A DNA stretch of 64,000 nt from Eledone cirrhosa (GCA_964016885.1 OZ024743.1:158844001-158908000); one strand, 5' to 3'; counted from the stretch's first letter, positions 13,876 to 27,186 are shown. A program made the numbers and translations. Notes: generated from the sequence alone by a model not told the origin.

Positions 13876-14920
13876 CGTTCTGGTTTTACTTTTTTAATTT
13901 TTCACCGATAGTGAGGAAATAGATATATGCATAGTCTGTCATTTTATTCAGTTTGGTAGGAAGATTCCATTAATCCTCTTTTATGTTACCTGTGATTATG
14001 CTTTCCATATGGTTGTAATTTTATATATTTTTATCTCCATGCCTATTCTTTCTACGGATCGAAATAAATAATGTTCTAGTCACTACATCATTCCTTACAG
14101 GTAAAAAAATGTACTGTGATGACATCTTCGAACAACTACTTAAAATATGGATAGCATTCCCGGTGTATATTCCACATAATCTATATCTGATGTCACATTA
14201 TAGGTTTTTTACCTGCACCTCTATCTCTTTTGTGAATAAGATATTTGGTTGGTATTTTCTGTTTCTGGATTGGTTTACGATAAACTAATTTGCTTATTTA
14301 TATTATCTTCACTTTGAATCTTTCTGACAACATAGCCATACATGATTTCCTGTTGATAAGCTTACTGGTTTTCATCTATTGATCCGTTGCAGTAATAGTG
14401 TGCAGCTTCTTTGGGTTTGTATTTTCAGTCATCCTTCGAGGAGTACTTCTCAAGAAGCTCGTCCCCAACTCTTCTGATGTTATCTGACTCATATTGCTAG
14501 ACGTGTTCCATAGATGAGCTTCTACGCTTGGTAGCTTCTCGAAAGGATATCATACGATATTCGAAAGCTATTTGAATCGATGTTTTCTTCAGATTTCATC
14601 TAACCACTTTAATCTTTGTTAAACTCATTTTCCTAACCAGAGTCTCTGTAACAATTATTGGTTCTCCCCTCATTCCTCTATAAACTAATACTTGATTTAG
14701 ACAGAATTTCTTATTAATTAGTTTTGTTTTAGTTGCATTCTTGTGATGTTGAAGTTTCACATTTACTGCTCTTAACTCTTGTCTGGAGTTAATCAATTTA
14801 TGTTCGAGAGTTCTATTATAAGGTTCAAACATCGTTTCTATTTTAAGTTTTACTCTTTGTGTAGTTTTGGTTTTGTTTGCATATGATAGCATCAACGTTT
14901 GGCGAATACGTTTCACTAGA
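13876..14920 (-). mobile_element. Heavily decayed family C fragment(s) (C3)
   Basis: 14040-14580 resembles 10770-11350; left end follows (ATGT)n as in C1 and C2. Confidence 0.6.
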
Positions 14921-15002
14921 TCAACGATCTCTGTTTCATTTTAAGAATAAAAATGTCACATTTGCATTGATTTGTATTGTGTTTTCTAGTATCATCAACA
15001 TA

Positions 15003-15115
15003 ATTGTTTCTACTTTAGGCACAAGGCCAGCAATTACCCAGTGCATTACTGGTACTTTATTTTATCGACCCCGTAAGGATGAAAGGCAAAGTCAACCTCG
15101 GTGGGATTTGAACTC
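15003..15115 (-). mobile_element. 5'-truncated tRNA-type SINE
   Basis: Same body as 15301-15488 up to the B box. Confidence 0.75.
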
Positions 15116-15300
15116 ATTTGGTGCCGTGACCAGGATCAAAATAATGCTTTATAGTAGTTGTCAGGACATATTGAGAAGATTTGATTTACCAATATGTAGG
15201 GTTAATAATCTGTTGTAATTATGTATGAATGAATATGTATAAGAATACGCCTATGTGAAATATAATATAATATGATGTAATGTAATATAATATAATATAA

Positions 15301-15488
15301 TTGTTTCTACTTTTGGCACAAGGCCAGCAATTACCAAGTGCATTACTGGTACTTTATTTTATCGACCGCGTAAGGATGAAAGGCAAAGTTAACCTCGGCG
15401 GGATTTGAACTCAGAATAGGAAGGGCCGTAACTCCATACGTCAAAGCATGGCGTCCGACCCTCTACCGATACTGCCAATCCACCGCCG
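15301..15488 (-). mobile_element. tRNA-type SINE with (ATATT)n tail
   Basis: Minus strand A-box-like TGGCAGTATCGG and B-box GAGTTCAAATCC; body GCCTTTCATCCTTACG..GATAAAATAAAGTACCAG; resembles octopus SINEs from memory. Confidence 0.82.
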
Positions 15489-15531
15489 TAATATAATATA
15501 ATATAATATGATATAATATAATATAATATAA

Positions 15532-15717
15532 TTGTTTCTACTTTTGGCACAAGGCCAGCAATTACCCAGTGCATTACTGGTACTTTATTTTATCTACCCC
15601 GTAAGGATGAAAGGCAAAGTTGACCTTGGCGGGATTTGAACTCAGACCATAAAGGGACGTAACTATGCTGAAAAGCATGGGGTCCGACCTTCTACTGATA
15701 CTGCCAATCCCCCACCC
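15532..15717 (-). mobile_element. tRNA-type SINE, second tandem copy
   Basis: Closely similar to 15301-15488, separated by (AATAT)n. Confidence 0.82.
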
Positions 15718-15724
15718 TAATATA

Positions 15725-16012
<288 letters not shown>

Positions 16013-16018
16013 CATATT

Positions 16019-16083
16019 TATTTCATTATACATATTTCAGGGATACCAAATTAAATTATGGTATGCCTTCATCAGACAAAATA
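16019..16083 (-). ncRNA. Minimal type I hammerhead ribozyme
   Basis: UAUUUUGU-CUGAUGA-AGGCAUACCA..UGGUAUCCCU-GAAA-UAUGUA-UA-AUGAAAUA; 8-bp stem I. Confidence 0.8.
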
Positions 16084-16320
16084 CAATATATAACAGTTTT
16101 ACAAATAAGCTTTGACGTACCCTATTAAAATGCAACCATTGTTTTTGGAAGCCATCCGGATAGTGATTTGTTTATATTACTTCCGTCTTTTTCTAATTGT
16201 CCTTAACACTATGACTTATTAAAGTAATATAAACAAATCGCTATCCGGATGGCTTCCAAAAACAATGGTTGCATTTTAATAGGGTACGTCAAAGCTTATT
16301 TGTAAAACTGTTATATATTG

Positions 16321-16385
16321 TATTTTGTCTGATGAAGGCATACCATAATTTAATTTGGTATCCCTGAAATATGTATAATGGAATA
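16321..16385 (+). ncRNA. Minimal type I hammerhead ribozyme
   Basis: Mirror copy of 16019-16083. Confidence 0.8.
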
Positions 16386-16433
16386 AATATGGTTTTATAA
16401 ATATAGTTTCCATTTATTAATATCGTATATATG

Positions 16434-16636
<203 letters not shown>

Positions 16637-16754
16637 TTATCAAATGAACACACTCTATTTTGGATTTAGTACTCATTTGAAACGGTTCTCAGGTACTTCT
16701 GTAGTAAGTAAAAACAAGACTGTGCACCTCCACACTCACACCCACACATACCAC

Positions 16755-16810
<56 letters not shown>

Positions 16811-17147
16811 GTAGAGGTAACTAAATATGTTCACTCTTTTCCTAGTTTATTTTACACCTAATTCTGTTTAGTTGACTGTATATCTGAGCGATTCATACAC
16901 GCTGTCGAAATACTCGATAAATACTCCGTCGCAGCCGGCGCGAACGGCTGATTCGGTTATTTGTCGGAGATTTCTTCATAGAAGCCTTTATTCTTATAGC
17001 TTGGTCTAATCGATTTTTTATATGGTTAATTATGCTAATTGGGAGAGGAAATGGTATATATTTTATCTGGTGATTCTATAGACATGTTTTATGATATATA
17101 TATATACAATATTAAATAAATGGAAACTATATTTATAAAACCATATT

Positions 17148-17213
17148 TATTTCATTATATATATTTCAGGGATAACATATTAACAATATGCTATGCCTTC
17201 CTCAGACAAAATA
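17148..17213 (-). ncRNA. Minimal type I hammerhead ribozyme
   Basis: CUGAGGA core, stem II AGGCAUAGCAUAU/AUAUGUUAUCCCU, GAAA-UAUAUA-UA. Confidence 0.82.
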
Positions 17214-18160
17214 CAATATAAACAGTTTTATAGATAAATAGATTCGACATACCGTAACAACATCTACTTGCATTTGAGAAGGTTGATTTGGTTGTGACAA
17301 AATTGTACACAGAGAGAAAAATAGAGTATATTGAAATCTGGTCTATCTTTGCTTGATAGATAATCTTGTAGAGTAGAGACGGAAATAGTAATATTGACTC
17401 TATATACACATATATGTATACTTAAATTTTTATACCGCATTGAGAATACTTTCCGTGAACTTAGGGTTTGCAGAATTGATCATGTACATTCACATAGATG
17501 TTTGTAATTATCACATAAACATATGAATTTTTAAAAAAACTAAACATAAGATCATTAATTTTCACACATTGTGGATACATATCTCATTCAGGAATACTGA
17601 TATTTGCAATGCAGAGGCTGGTTTTGTAAATACGAGTACCTCTACATTAAAACAGAGGTTTGTACGCCTCGCCTGTGTCTGGATATTTTTGAAGTTTCTC
17701 TCTCTCTTTTTTCTCTCTCTATATTTTTTCTCTCCCTATATAACAGCTGGTTTTCCCTCCATATATTTCCCTTACATTAATACTAGAGCTAAATAAATAA
17801 ATAAATAAATAAATGTATCATTGATACGTTATTCAACAGTTGTCCCACTACCTAGCTTTCTATATATGTATCTATCTCTATTTCCTCTCTCTCTCTATAT
17901 ATATATCTCTTTCTGTTTCTTTACATGAAGTTCTTCTCTTTATCTATCTTTCCATCTCTCTATTTTGTTCCATGCATTTCTTCTTTTTCTTTTTCTTCGT
18001 TTTCTGTCTTTCTTTCCTTTTTTCTCTCTTTTTCTCTCTTTCTCTCTCTCTTTCTTTCTCTCTGTGTACAATTTTGTCACAACCAAATCAACCTTCTCAA
18101 ATGCAAGTAGATGTTGTTACGGTATGTCGAATCTATTTATCTATAAAACTGTTTATATTG

Positions 18161-18226
18161 TATTTTGTCTGAGGAAGGCATAGCATATTGTTAATATGTT
18201 ATCCCTGAAATATATATAATGAAATA
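18161..18226 (+). ncRNA. Minimal type I hammerhead ribozyme
   Basis: UAUUUUGU-CUGAGGA-stem II-GAAA-UAUAUA(palindrome)-UA-AUGAAAUA, overlapping AAUAAA. Confidence 0.82.
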
Positions 18227-18354
18227 AATATGGTTTTATAAATATAGTTTCCATTTATTTAATATTGTAAATATACTCCAAATATTTGTCGAGTGCTTTT
18301 ATATCAGTTATAAATATTTACTAGTTGTAACACAACAATTTAAATATAACTTTC

Positions 18355-18432
<78 letters not shown>

Positions 18433-19004
18433 TATATATGTGTGTGTGAATGTGTGAATGTGTGAATGTGTGTATGTGTGTGTGTATCTTGCATGTACGT
18501 ATGTATGTATGTTCAGTCAGGTCACTCTCGAGTGCTACTGGTAACAACCTGTCTCATGGTCGGATCGTCGGCGACTAAACCGGCAACCTCACTAAGCTAG
18601 CTTGGGTGATATTTCGATACCCTGCAGGATGAAATACAAGACTCGGCAAAGAGCAGAGGAACTCAGCAAAGTCAACCGCCATCCAAATAGTATTTTTTTT
18701 TTCACCTGGATGTGATTGTTACTACAACGCCTTTCTAGGAGAGGGAGCCTCCGAAAAAAAACCTGTGGCTTCGGAAGCATCCGATGATATTGACCAGTTC
18801 TCCTTTTCTGGTAGTGTTTTCGATGCTCAGAGAGTGGGATTGGTCGAGTGCAAGGTCTTTCCCGACTTAAAATGCCTTGAAAACACAGCCATTGCTTGTT
18901 CAGGATATGTCACAGACTCGTGTGGCTAGCCATAGCCTAAAAGTACACCAAACTCTATAAACTGACAACCGATTGCAATACTATTAGCAGAGTTTGCAGC
19001 CATC

Positions 19005-19979
19005 ATGTATGAGTTCAATATCCTCCTGAATAACCTACACCCATCTGTCCAATTCACAAAAGAGATGAGTAGTACCAAATTACCATTCCTAGATATAATG
19101 ATAATCAAAAACGACACCACCATTACCACGGATATATATTATAAACACACAGACACCCATCAATATCTGAATTTTAAGTCGTGCCGTCCACCTCATACAA
19201 AACGCACCATCCCATACTGCCTAGCCAGAAGAATTTGTACCATTGTAGAAGATACGAATACCAGGTACAAACGCCTAACAGAACTAAGAGAATTTTTGCT
19301 CAAATAAAAATAGCCATCTCTACTTATAGAAAATGGCATACAGCGGGCTATAAAAATACCTATACAACAACTTAGGACAACCCAAGGAAGAAGAAACCAA
19401 GAACTGGTCATACCATTTATAATGATACACAACCCATGTCACCAAAATATCTTCAACATTGCCAAAGCAAACCTACCGATCATTGCTCAAAGTAATGAAT
19501 TAAAAGGCTTAATCACAGATCGATCTTTGACTCTTAGTAAAAGACAGCTGAAACATTTGAAGCAATTACTAACAAAAGCAAAGTTTGACCTTAACAACAA
19601 AGACCAATCATTCACTGTATCTAAATGCAATGATAGTCGATGTGGCACATGTCAATCCATACACGCCGGTCAATATATGAAAACAAAAACTGGAAAAATA
19701 TTCCCAAATGCAAATATGAACTGCAAAAGCAGAAATCTAATTTACTGCATTAAATGCCCGAATTGTGAAGAACTATATGTCGGTCAAACTGTAAATGCAC
19801 TATCGGAACGTGCACGTAATCCAGTGAAATTACAAACTGTAAATGCACTATCGGAACGTGCACGTAATCCAGTGAAATTACACACCGAATGGTCGAAATA
19901 CAGTTTGCAAGATTTAGCATTCTGGAGCCACTTTTCACTGTATATAAGGCACAAAATGTACCCATCTCATTACAGTTGA
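19005..19979 (+). pseudogene. Penelope-like element RT C-terminus + Cys-rich linker + GIY-YIG endonuclease (5'-truncated, disrupted)
   Basis: LPFLDI..TDIYYKHTDTHQYLNFKSC; KCNDSRCGTC; NLIYCIKCPNCEELYVGQT; 48-bp tandem duplication 19785-19880. Confidence 0.9.
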
Positions 19980-20010
19980 AAATTGCTTACTTGACTGTCC
20001 CCACACATTA

Positions 20011-20049
20011 TGAACCTGAAAATTGCGAAAGCATGAAAGTACTTGTTCA
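20011..20049 (+). ncRNA. Hammerhead ribozyme relic in PLE pLTR (core G8 to A)
   Basis: UGAAC-CUGAAAA-UUGC GAAA GCAU-GAAA-GUAC-UU-GUUCA; stems I and II pair; lies just after the PLE ORF. Confidence 0.65.
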
Positions 20050-20161
20050 ATTAACACTTAACATTTAATATTCCACCATACTATTTCATTCTAATACCAT
20101 TATAAATTTTAAAGGATTGTAAATAAAACGAGTAAATCAGACAACGTTGGAATTCCTTTTA

Positions 20162-20207
<46 letters not shown>

Positions 20208-21903
20208 TTGAGTTTCAAAGTAGCCTTGTGACAATATAATAATTTCAAATGATTAGAAGCCAAAACAATTTAGTAAAGAACTAAAACGTAGTATTTTATT
20301 CAAGATATATGTACAGTGTTAAGTGTTTCTGTGATATATTTGTTTAGTTTACATAATGGAATAAAGTTTGTGATATATTATCCTAGCTTATGTGATAATC
20401 TTATTGGCCCATGCTAACGCTATTTCAACAATTGTTGCAGACAATTCAGATATGACGCAATTGAAATATTTTAGTCATGTTATAAACAAGTGTATATCTT
20501 TACTAATATGGATTTATATTAGTTTTAAAAATAACTGTGTTGTCGTGGGAGGATTTTAGTCGGCTTTACATTAACATCTTTTCTTTAAAAATAGAATACC
20601 GATATAATCGAGCATATTGAGAAAAGAAAGCACGGAATTCCAGCTCACCATCGCTGTTTTGACCAAATCATTAATCGGAATTACTACACAATGTCTGCTA
20701 ACCTCTTGTTTGCCCTCGTCTTGAGTTAAAACTAAACTTTTCTGTCACATCGAAACACACTCCCAAAACAAAAACAAAAAAACAAAAACTTCCTCAAACC
20801 GTATTAACTATTTCCACCGAGATTTACTATGATAGGCAACTCGAGCAAAATACATGTATCCAACAGGTGCTCACGGCAGCTATCGCAGGCTTGATAGGTG
20901 TACTAACTGTTTAGATATACAGGTTGCACTGGTGTTACAGACACTGCTATACCTACAATGGAAAACAATCGCCTAAACGTCCAACAATGCATTCACAACT
21001 ACACGCTCTATTACACATACACCGCTACGCACACAGATATACAGGTACCATTAAGCATTTTACTACATGTATACTATTACACACACAAGAACACGTACAT
21101 CATTGCACCACCTATAACTCACGTACAGTACGATCTAAGCAGCAAATTTCTACATGGTCATTCAAACTGCTAGAAATAGGAGCCAAATAACCCTCAAATT
21201 ACATTCAACTAACCTTGAAAAGAGGAAATACACATTGGTTAATGTAACACCTGATACATTAAATATTGATATGTTTATAATAGGTTTGAAACCATAATAC
21301 ACACTCATGAAACCATAATACCGACTAAAGATGCTGGAAAGTGGATACTTGTAAAGAAAAATGTAATCACTTACTCAAGCATTATCAGTGCACTTAGAAA
21401 ACAATGTATGTATGTGTAGCGTGTGGGTGTGTGTGGTGGTGTGGGGGTATGTGGGTGTGCGCGAGTGTGTGATTGCGTGCAATCTGTCCGGATTTAGTTT
21501 AACAGCTAAAATGGCCGCTGCTCCATCACTGTAGCCGCTGCTACAACACTGAATTAAATAACACGAGTTGTCCATTTTAGAGAACCTTTGATTTCCCCCT
21601 TTATGATGAGGTTTTATCTGACAGTGATATAAATCCTGATTTGCATTATAACAGATTCCAATTCCAACATTATCTAGTCACTTAACTCTTATAAGAAAAT
21701 ATTTTACAAGCCCTTATGAAGTCGCAATGTATGCGATTAATGCAAAAGAAATCGAAATAAGTTACTGTAGTTGTTTAGCTCTAAGTCAACGCTGATCGAT
21801 CACGCCAGATATTAGAATCATTTCATCTGTGACCATCCTGTCTTTTCAGCACGTCTAACACTATATATTCTAACATTTCCTTATCTTATATTAGACAGCA
21901 GAG

Positions 21904-24900
21904 CAGAGGTTCCCAACCTTTTTGAGTCATCACCCACTTTCACATGAAAACATTTCCACCGCCCACGTGTATAGAAAACATTCAAAACCATCCCAAAAGG
22001 TTTTAGTAAAAGTTTGTTACTGCTTCGTAAACCAATGTTTTATGATGTAGTAAAATACTAAAGGGAGGTAACAAATAACACTGACTTAAACAGCCACCGT
22101 TGCTGCTGCTGCTACAACCGTATTAAAGAACAAAACAGTTTAATTTAAAAAACAATTTGTAAGTGAGAAAAATAAAATTGAATTAAGCAACAAAAGAAAG
22201 GAAGGGGGAGGGTTACATGCTCTACACACTAGTCTGTGAAGTATTTCAGCTGAGTGCCTCAGATGAAATGGCAAAGTTACTGACGCAGAAAATAGCCAGC
22301 GATAACCGCTGTAACAATCATTCCTCTTCACAGGGGTCCATCCTCAAGCGGGCCGTTGTCTTTCCGATTTTACGAAGGAAATCAGCAGTGCGATGACCGA
22401 GGACATCCGAGATCTTAACGGCGCCCAATACGAAAAGGAAGCTGCCAGTCAAACCCTGGTATTTAGTTATGTTCCTCGCCTCTGTGGAAATATGGGGACC
22501 AAGGACACCTCAGGTCTCGACAGTGACTGGTATAAAAGGAAAGCGGTCAGTCAAGCTTCTGTATTTGTTTATCTGCCTCTCCCTTGCGTTACGGGCTCTG
22601 GTGCTCATGTTTGCAGCCGAAGCGACAAGGTTGGAGGCAAAGAATGAGTTGCAACACGTCGCGTCTCAAATTGGGATGATAAGTGGATTATTGAAAGTAA
22701 ACTTGACCATTTAAAACTGTATTGTATTAAATTTTATTATATTGGGATAATATGTCACTATTCTGTGATGATACCACAAACCATGTTTATCGTGAAGCCG
22801 ATACCGCATTATGGTATCATTGTCATTTTGTAAATCTATCAATTCTTCCTGCACATCGCCTTCCCATTCGATTACTTGAACTTGAAATGGCTGTTATACT
22901 AAACTGAAACAGGTAAAGCGACAATATCCTGAAATCACTGTACCATGTCATTATGCAATGACTGCAAATAATCGTGATATGTAATGACATCCCCATCAAC
23001 CTATTCATCTTTCAAGTTATTCAATCTTTGAAATTGGTGGAGCTGACGTCTTGAAATATTCATCTTATATCGTGTTAATTTTGAAATGAAGGCAGTGTTT
23101 GACGATTTACATTCGACAAGTGTTTTTTGCTTTCCTTGCAATTACATACTGAGGTCATTTAGTGAGGCGAATATGTGGCTAAGGAAAAAATATCACATTT
23201 TGTAGCAATCAGAGAAGTGGATAGTGGAGTGTTTTGAAAATTATTTATTATTGTATCAAACAGTTCGACATAACGGACAACACAGTTGCCTTTTAACAAC
23301 CATCATACTTCAGTATGGTACGAAAGCCCCACACAGTCATCATCATTTTCAAGGCACAGTTGATAGGAAATTCGTTCAGACAAAGAATTCAATTTTATAT
23401 TGTTCACAATTTTAATTACTTTAGTACATCACTAAGCCTGCCGTTGATATATTTTGCCACTAAATGTTGCCGGTGAGCTATAGAGTGAACTGTTAGAACG
23501 AAATGTTCAAGCTTTAAGAGAAAAGAGAAAACTTTGTATCTACCTACCATAGCAGGCGCCCCATCAAATGCACAGACAACAATATTGTTCAATGGGATGT
23601 TATGCTCATTAAAATATAGCTTCTAAAATAGACATACTTTTTGAGTCAAGCAATAATTGATCCGTGAACAATATCTCCTCATAAGGTTGAATATTTTCAT
23701 TAAAAAACGAATATACACCATCATCAAGCATTGACTTCCTACAACTGTTGATTCATCTATATGCCGAGAAATTATGTTACTACTAAGTGGAATTGTCGTG
23801 ATAACTGTGTCAGTTTTTATGCATTAGAGTGGAAAGAACTTCTAACAAGTCGAAGTAATGTTTTTCCTATAGTATGGGATGTGCCGGCGTTTGGAACCAG
23901 TAACGCAATGTTATACGACGCAATCATCTCCGTATCTTGCTACGTAGTTGTTTTCTGAAATTCCGAGATCAACGTTTTTCGCTTTTCGAATGAGATCTTA
24001 CGTTGTAAGGATATATGACAAAAGCTTTTCATTCTGGTCAGCATGCTTAGAATATAAATGATACTTTAAGAGCGATCATGCCTTTGTTGCTTAAAGTTTG
24101 TTTGCACATAAGACACATAGGTCATTGACTGCTCTGAGGAGAAGTGATAAACGCAGACGATAAATAATAAATGCTGTATTGATGACAACTCTTCTTAAAT
24201 GGATAGATTGGGATGTTTAAAAACCATACAATACACAGAGAAGATAGTAGGAACAATAGATAACAAAATGTTTGTTCACCAAGTTATATTGTTACTCGAC
24301 GTTCGTTTTCAATAATCCACAGATACGAGAAAAAAATGAGCGTTGCAATCACTTGGCGATCTATACATTCCAGAAATTTCAAGTGGTTGTCAAGGAGCAT
24401 GAGCATTGAGGTGTGAACAGGTATAATCGTGGGATTCTCATATTTGGCCTGGCATTGTTGCCTGCACCTCTTTATCTACAGCCTATCACCAGAGTTATTA
24501 GGGGCCATTGCCTGTGACAATTTCATGTGATCTCTCGATGCGGGTGGCGTTGGCGAGTTTATCCTGAAATCACTTCTTAATTTTACTAGCAAAGTTGTTC
24601 TTGGTCTCTTTTTTATCTAATTTATATCCACAAAAGAAATGTTATTCCGTCCGAAGAACTATTTGAATCTTAATGGCCCTTCTCAAAACTATAGAAAATA
24701 TGGAATGGTTCCTTGTTTGTGGGTATTTTTATATCTTCTGTGCTTTTTATAAAGGTTCTTTGTACGTCTCCTTTGACATTTTTTCCGGCTAACACGTTGA
24801 AATAGCTTTTTAATACTCAAAATTTCCAATTGCTCACCATTTTCTGTTCAGTTGTTCATTGCTCCCCCAACAGTTGAAATCGCTCACTGGAGGGTGATAT

Positions 24901-24921
24901 CGCCCAGATTGGGAAACCTTG
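21904..24921 (-). mobile_element. Decayed hAT transposon, Buster/Charlie group
   Basis: TIR-like CAGAGGTTCCCAACCT and AGATTGGGAAACCTTG; internal transposase relic; right flank CGGTAGGC fits NNNTANNN. Confidence 0.8.
22680..24200 (-). pseudogene. Buster/SCAND3/ZBED8-like hAT transposase relic
   Basis: Manual translation: PMCLMCKQTLSN (BED finger), ASYNIALL..HTIG, IPLSSNIISRHIDE, CAFDGAPAMVGRY, LHNDM..FQD, QEELIDLQND; many stops and frameshifts. Confidence 0.82.
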
Positions 24922-25155
24922 CGGTAGGCTGTGATTTTGATGCTATTTCTAGCAAATCAAGTTACCATGTGGAGGCTCGCATCTCGAAATGTTTAAGTAG
25001 ATAATTAATGTAAGTAGGAATGCAAATCTAAGCCAAAACGTTATGAGTGTATCCTATATTTTTACCCATAATCTTCCAATACTTTAGTGTATGTACACTC
25101 CATATTCTTCGGAGTTTTCGGCTTGTATTGGCCGATAGTGCTTCTTGTGGTTTTG

Positions 25156-25200
25156 ATTGCCCTGATGAGTCCTTAATAGGACGAAACATTGTTGGCTAAT
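25156..25200 (+). ncRNA. Minimal type I hammerhead ribozyme (solo PLE pLTR-like)
   Basis: AUUGCC-CUGAUGA-GUCC UUAAUA GGAC-GAAA-CAUUG-UU-GGCUAAU, followed by AAUAAA. Confidence 0.8.
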
Positions 25201-25454
25201 AAAGACTTTTGATGTATTGAAGGCTTCTTTGTTTTATTTTCATAATTCTTCGGCTCTGTTTAATTACATTGAGCTATACCTTTTACTGTCATTTCTATAA
25301 TACGAAGAGGGTGTTTAACTCCAACACGCTCCAGTATTTTAATCCTTATATATATATATATGTATGTATAGTATATTTGGCAATATACCGTATGTTTGAT
25401 TTAAAACATTTAGAAGACCATACGCTATCTATTTAAAAGTAGTGACTATGTCAA

Positions 25455-25649
25455 TTACATATTTTAGGCGAAAGAGGGAGAGAGGTTTCACGCTGATTGG
25501 CGTTCATCAGAATCACGCACACCCCTGCTTCCGCCGAAAATTGTAAAAGCTGGATTCTAATAGAATTCCAGTAATAATCAGGAGTTGACTATAGAGAGCG
25601 ATTCCCGGTCCAGCAAAAATTAGGAATTAGGATTTGTGCTCTGAAATAG

Positions 25650-25707
<58 letters not shown>

Positions 25708-26324
25708 TTAATTAATAAACTGACAGAGCTCTGTTTCGTACTTTTTGGTACTTATCAAAGTTTACTACCCCTCTTGTTTGCTGAAAATTATGTGTGTTGG
25801 ATTCTTATAGAATTCCAGTTATTTAAATTTTCAGCAAACTGGGGAGATAAACTGACAGAGCTCTATTTCGTACTTTTTGGTACTTATCAAAGTTCACTAC
25901 CCCTCCTGTTTGCTGAAAAGTATGTGTTGGATTCTTATAGAATTCCATTGCTGAAAATTTAAATAAGTGACATTGTCACTATTTTAAAACAATATCGCAT
26001 GGTCTTCAAAATGCTTTTAATTAAGCGTACAGTGTATTGCAAAATACACTATATATACATTCATATATATATCGCTATTTCAGAGAACCAATTCTAATTT
26101 TTAATTTCTGCTGGACCGGCGACCGCTCTGTATAATCAGTTCCTGATTATTACTGGAATTCTATAAGAATCCAACACACATAAATTTCAGCAAACAGGTG
26201 GGTAGTGAACTTTGATAAGTAACAAAAAGTACGAAACAGAGCTCTGTCAGTTTATTAATTAAGCATACTGTGTATTGCAAAATACACTATATATACATTC
26301 ATATATATATATATACATGCATAT

Positions 26325-26408
<84 letters not shown>

Positions 26409-26605
26409 CGCTATTTCAGAGCACAAATCCTAATTCCTAATTTTTGCTGGACCGGGAATCGCTCTGTATAGTCAACTCCTGATTATTACTGGAATTCTAT
26501 TAGAATCCAGCTTTTACAATTTTCGGCGGAAGCAGGGGTGTGCGTGATTCTGATGAACGCCAATCAGCGTGAAACCTCTCTCCCTCTTTCGCCGAAAATA
26601 TGTAA
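25455..26605. repeat. Complex fold-back structure, about 1.15 kb, with nested inverted and direct repeats
   Basis: 25455-25655 mirrors 26403-26605; 25703-25819 mirrors 26152-26267; direct repeat 25716-25819/25846-25946. Confidence 0.88.
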
Positions 26606-26752
26606 GTGAGCCAGGTGGATGTCGAGGCCCTCCCTCCGTATAAGAGGGAGGGCCTCGACATCCACCTGGCTCACTCGGGCCCCTCCCTGCGAAGATGCCT
26701 CTCCAGGAAACCCAGGAAATCAACTGACGCGTGATCCCCCAGAGACTGCCCG

Positions 26753-27067
26753 ATGCGCCATACGAACTGTTGCCTACGCACATACGGCGTGTATAAGATA
26801 GAATGTAACAAGTGCAACCACTACTATATAGGTAGCACAACCCGGCCGCTACACATCCAGATCAAGGAGCACATTAACACCAGGGGCTCGTCTTTCCGGA
26901 AACACATAACCAAATGCGGAAACAAAGACGGAAGGCCCATTGTCACAATTCTAGCGACAGAAAGAAACGTCGGCACATTACGAATCAAGGAAGCACTTTG
27001 GATCAAACGCCTAGGGCCACAAATAAATAACCGATCCGAGAGAAGCGAAATTAGGTGGTTGGTTTAA
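26753..27067 (+). pseudogene. Penelope-like GIY-YIG endonuclease domain (5'-truncated element)
   Basis: GVYKIECNKCNHYYIGSTTRPLHIQIKEH..RIKEALWIKRLGPQINNRSE. Confidence 0.88.
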
Positions 27068-27085
27068 GTAAACAAACGATGCAGC

Positions 27086-27186
<101 letters not shown>

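Larger units (their letters stand above)
17105..18269. repeat. Inverted-repeat element (arms 17105-17319 and 18054-18269), same family as 16005-16399
   Basis: Arms are essentially exact reverse complements; outer parts homologous to the 16 kb palindrome. Confidence 0.9.

Noticed and set aside
15400-15488. tRNA gene
   Set aside because: A and B boxes belong to a repeated SINE head; no cloverleaf
21360-21600. Possible minus-strand host exon ending at a GTAAGT donor near 21374
   Set aside because: No recognisable product or partner exon; such motifs occur by chance
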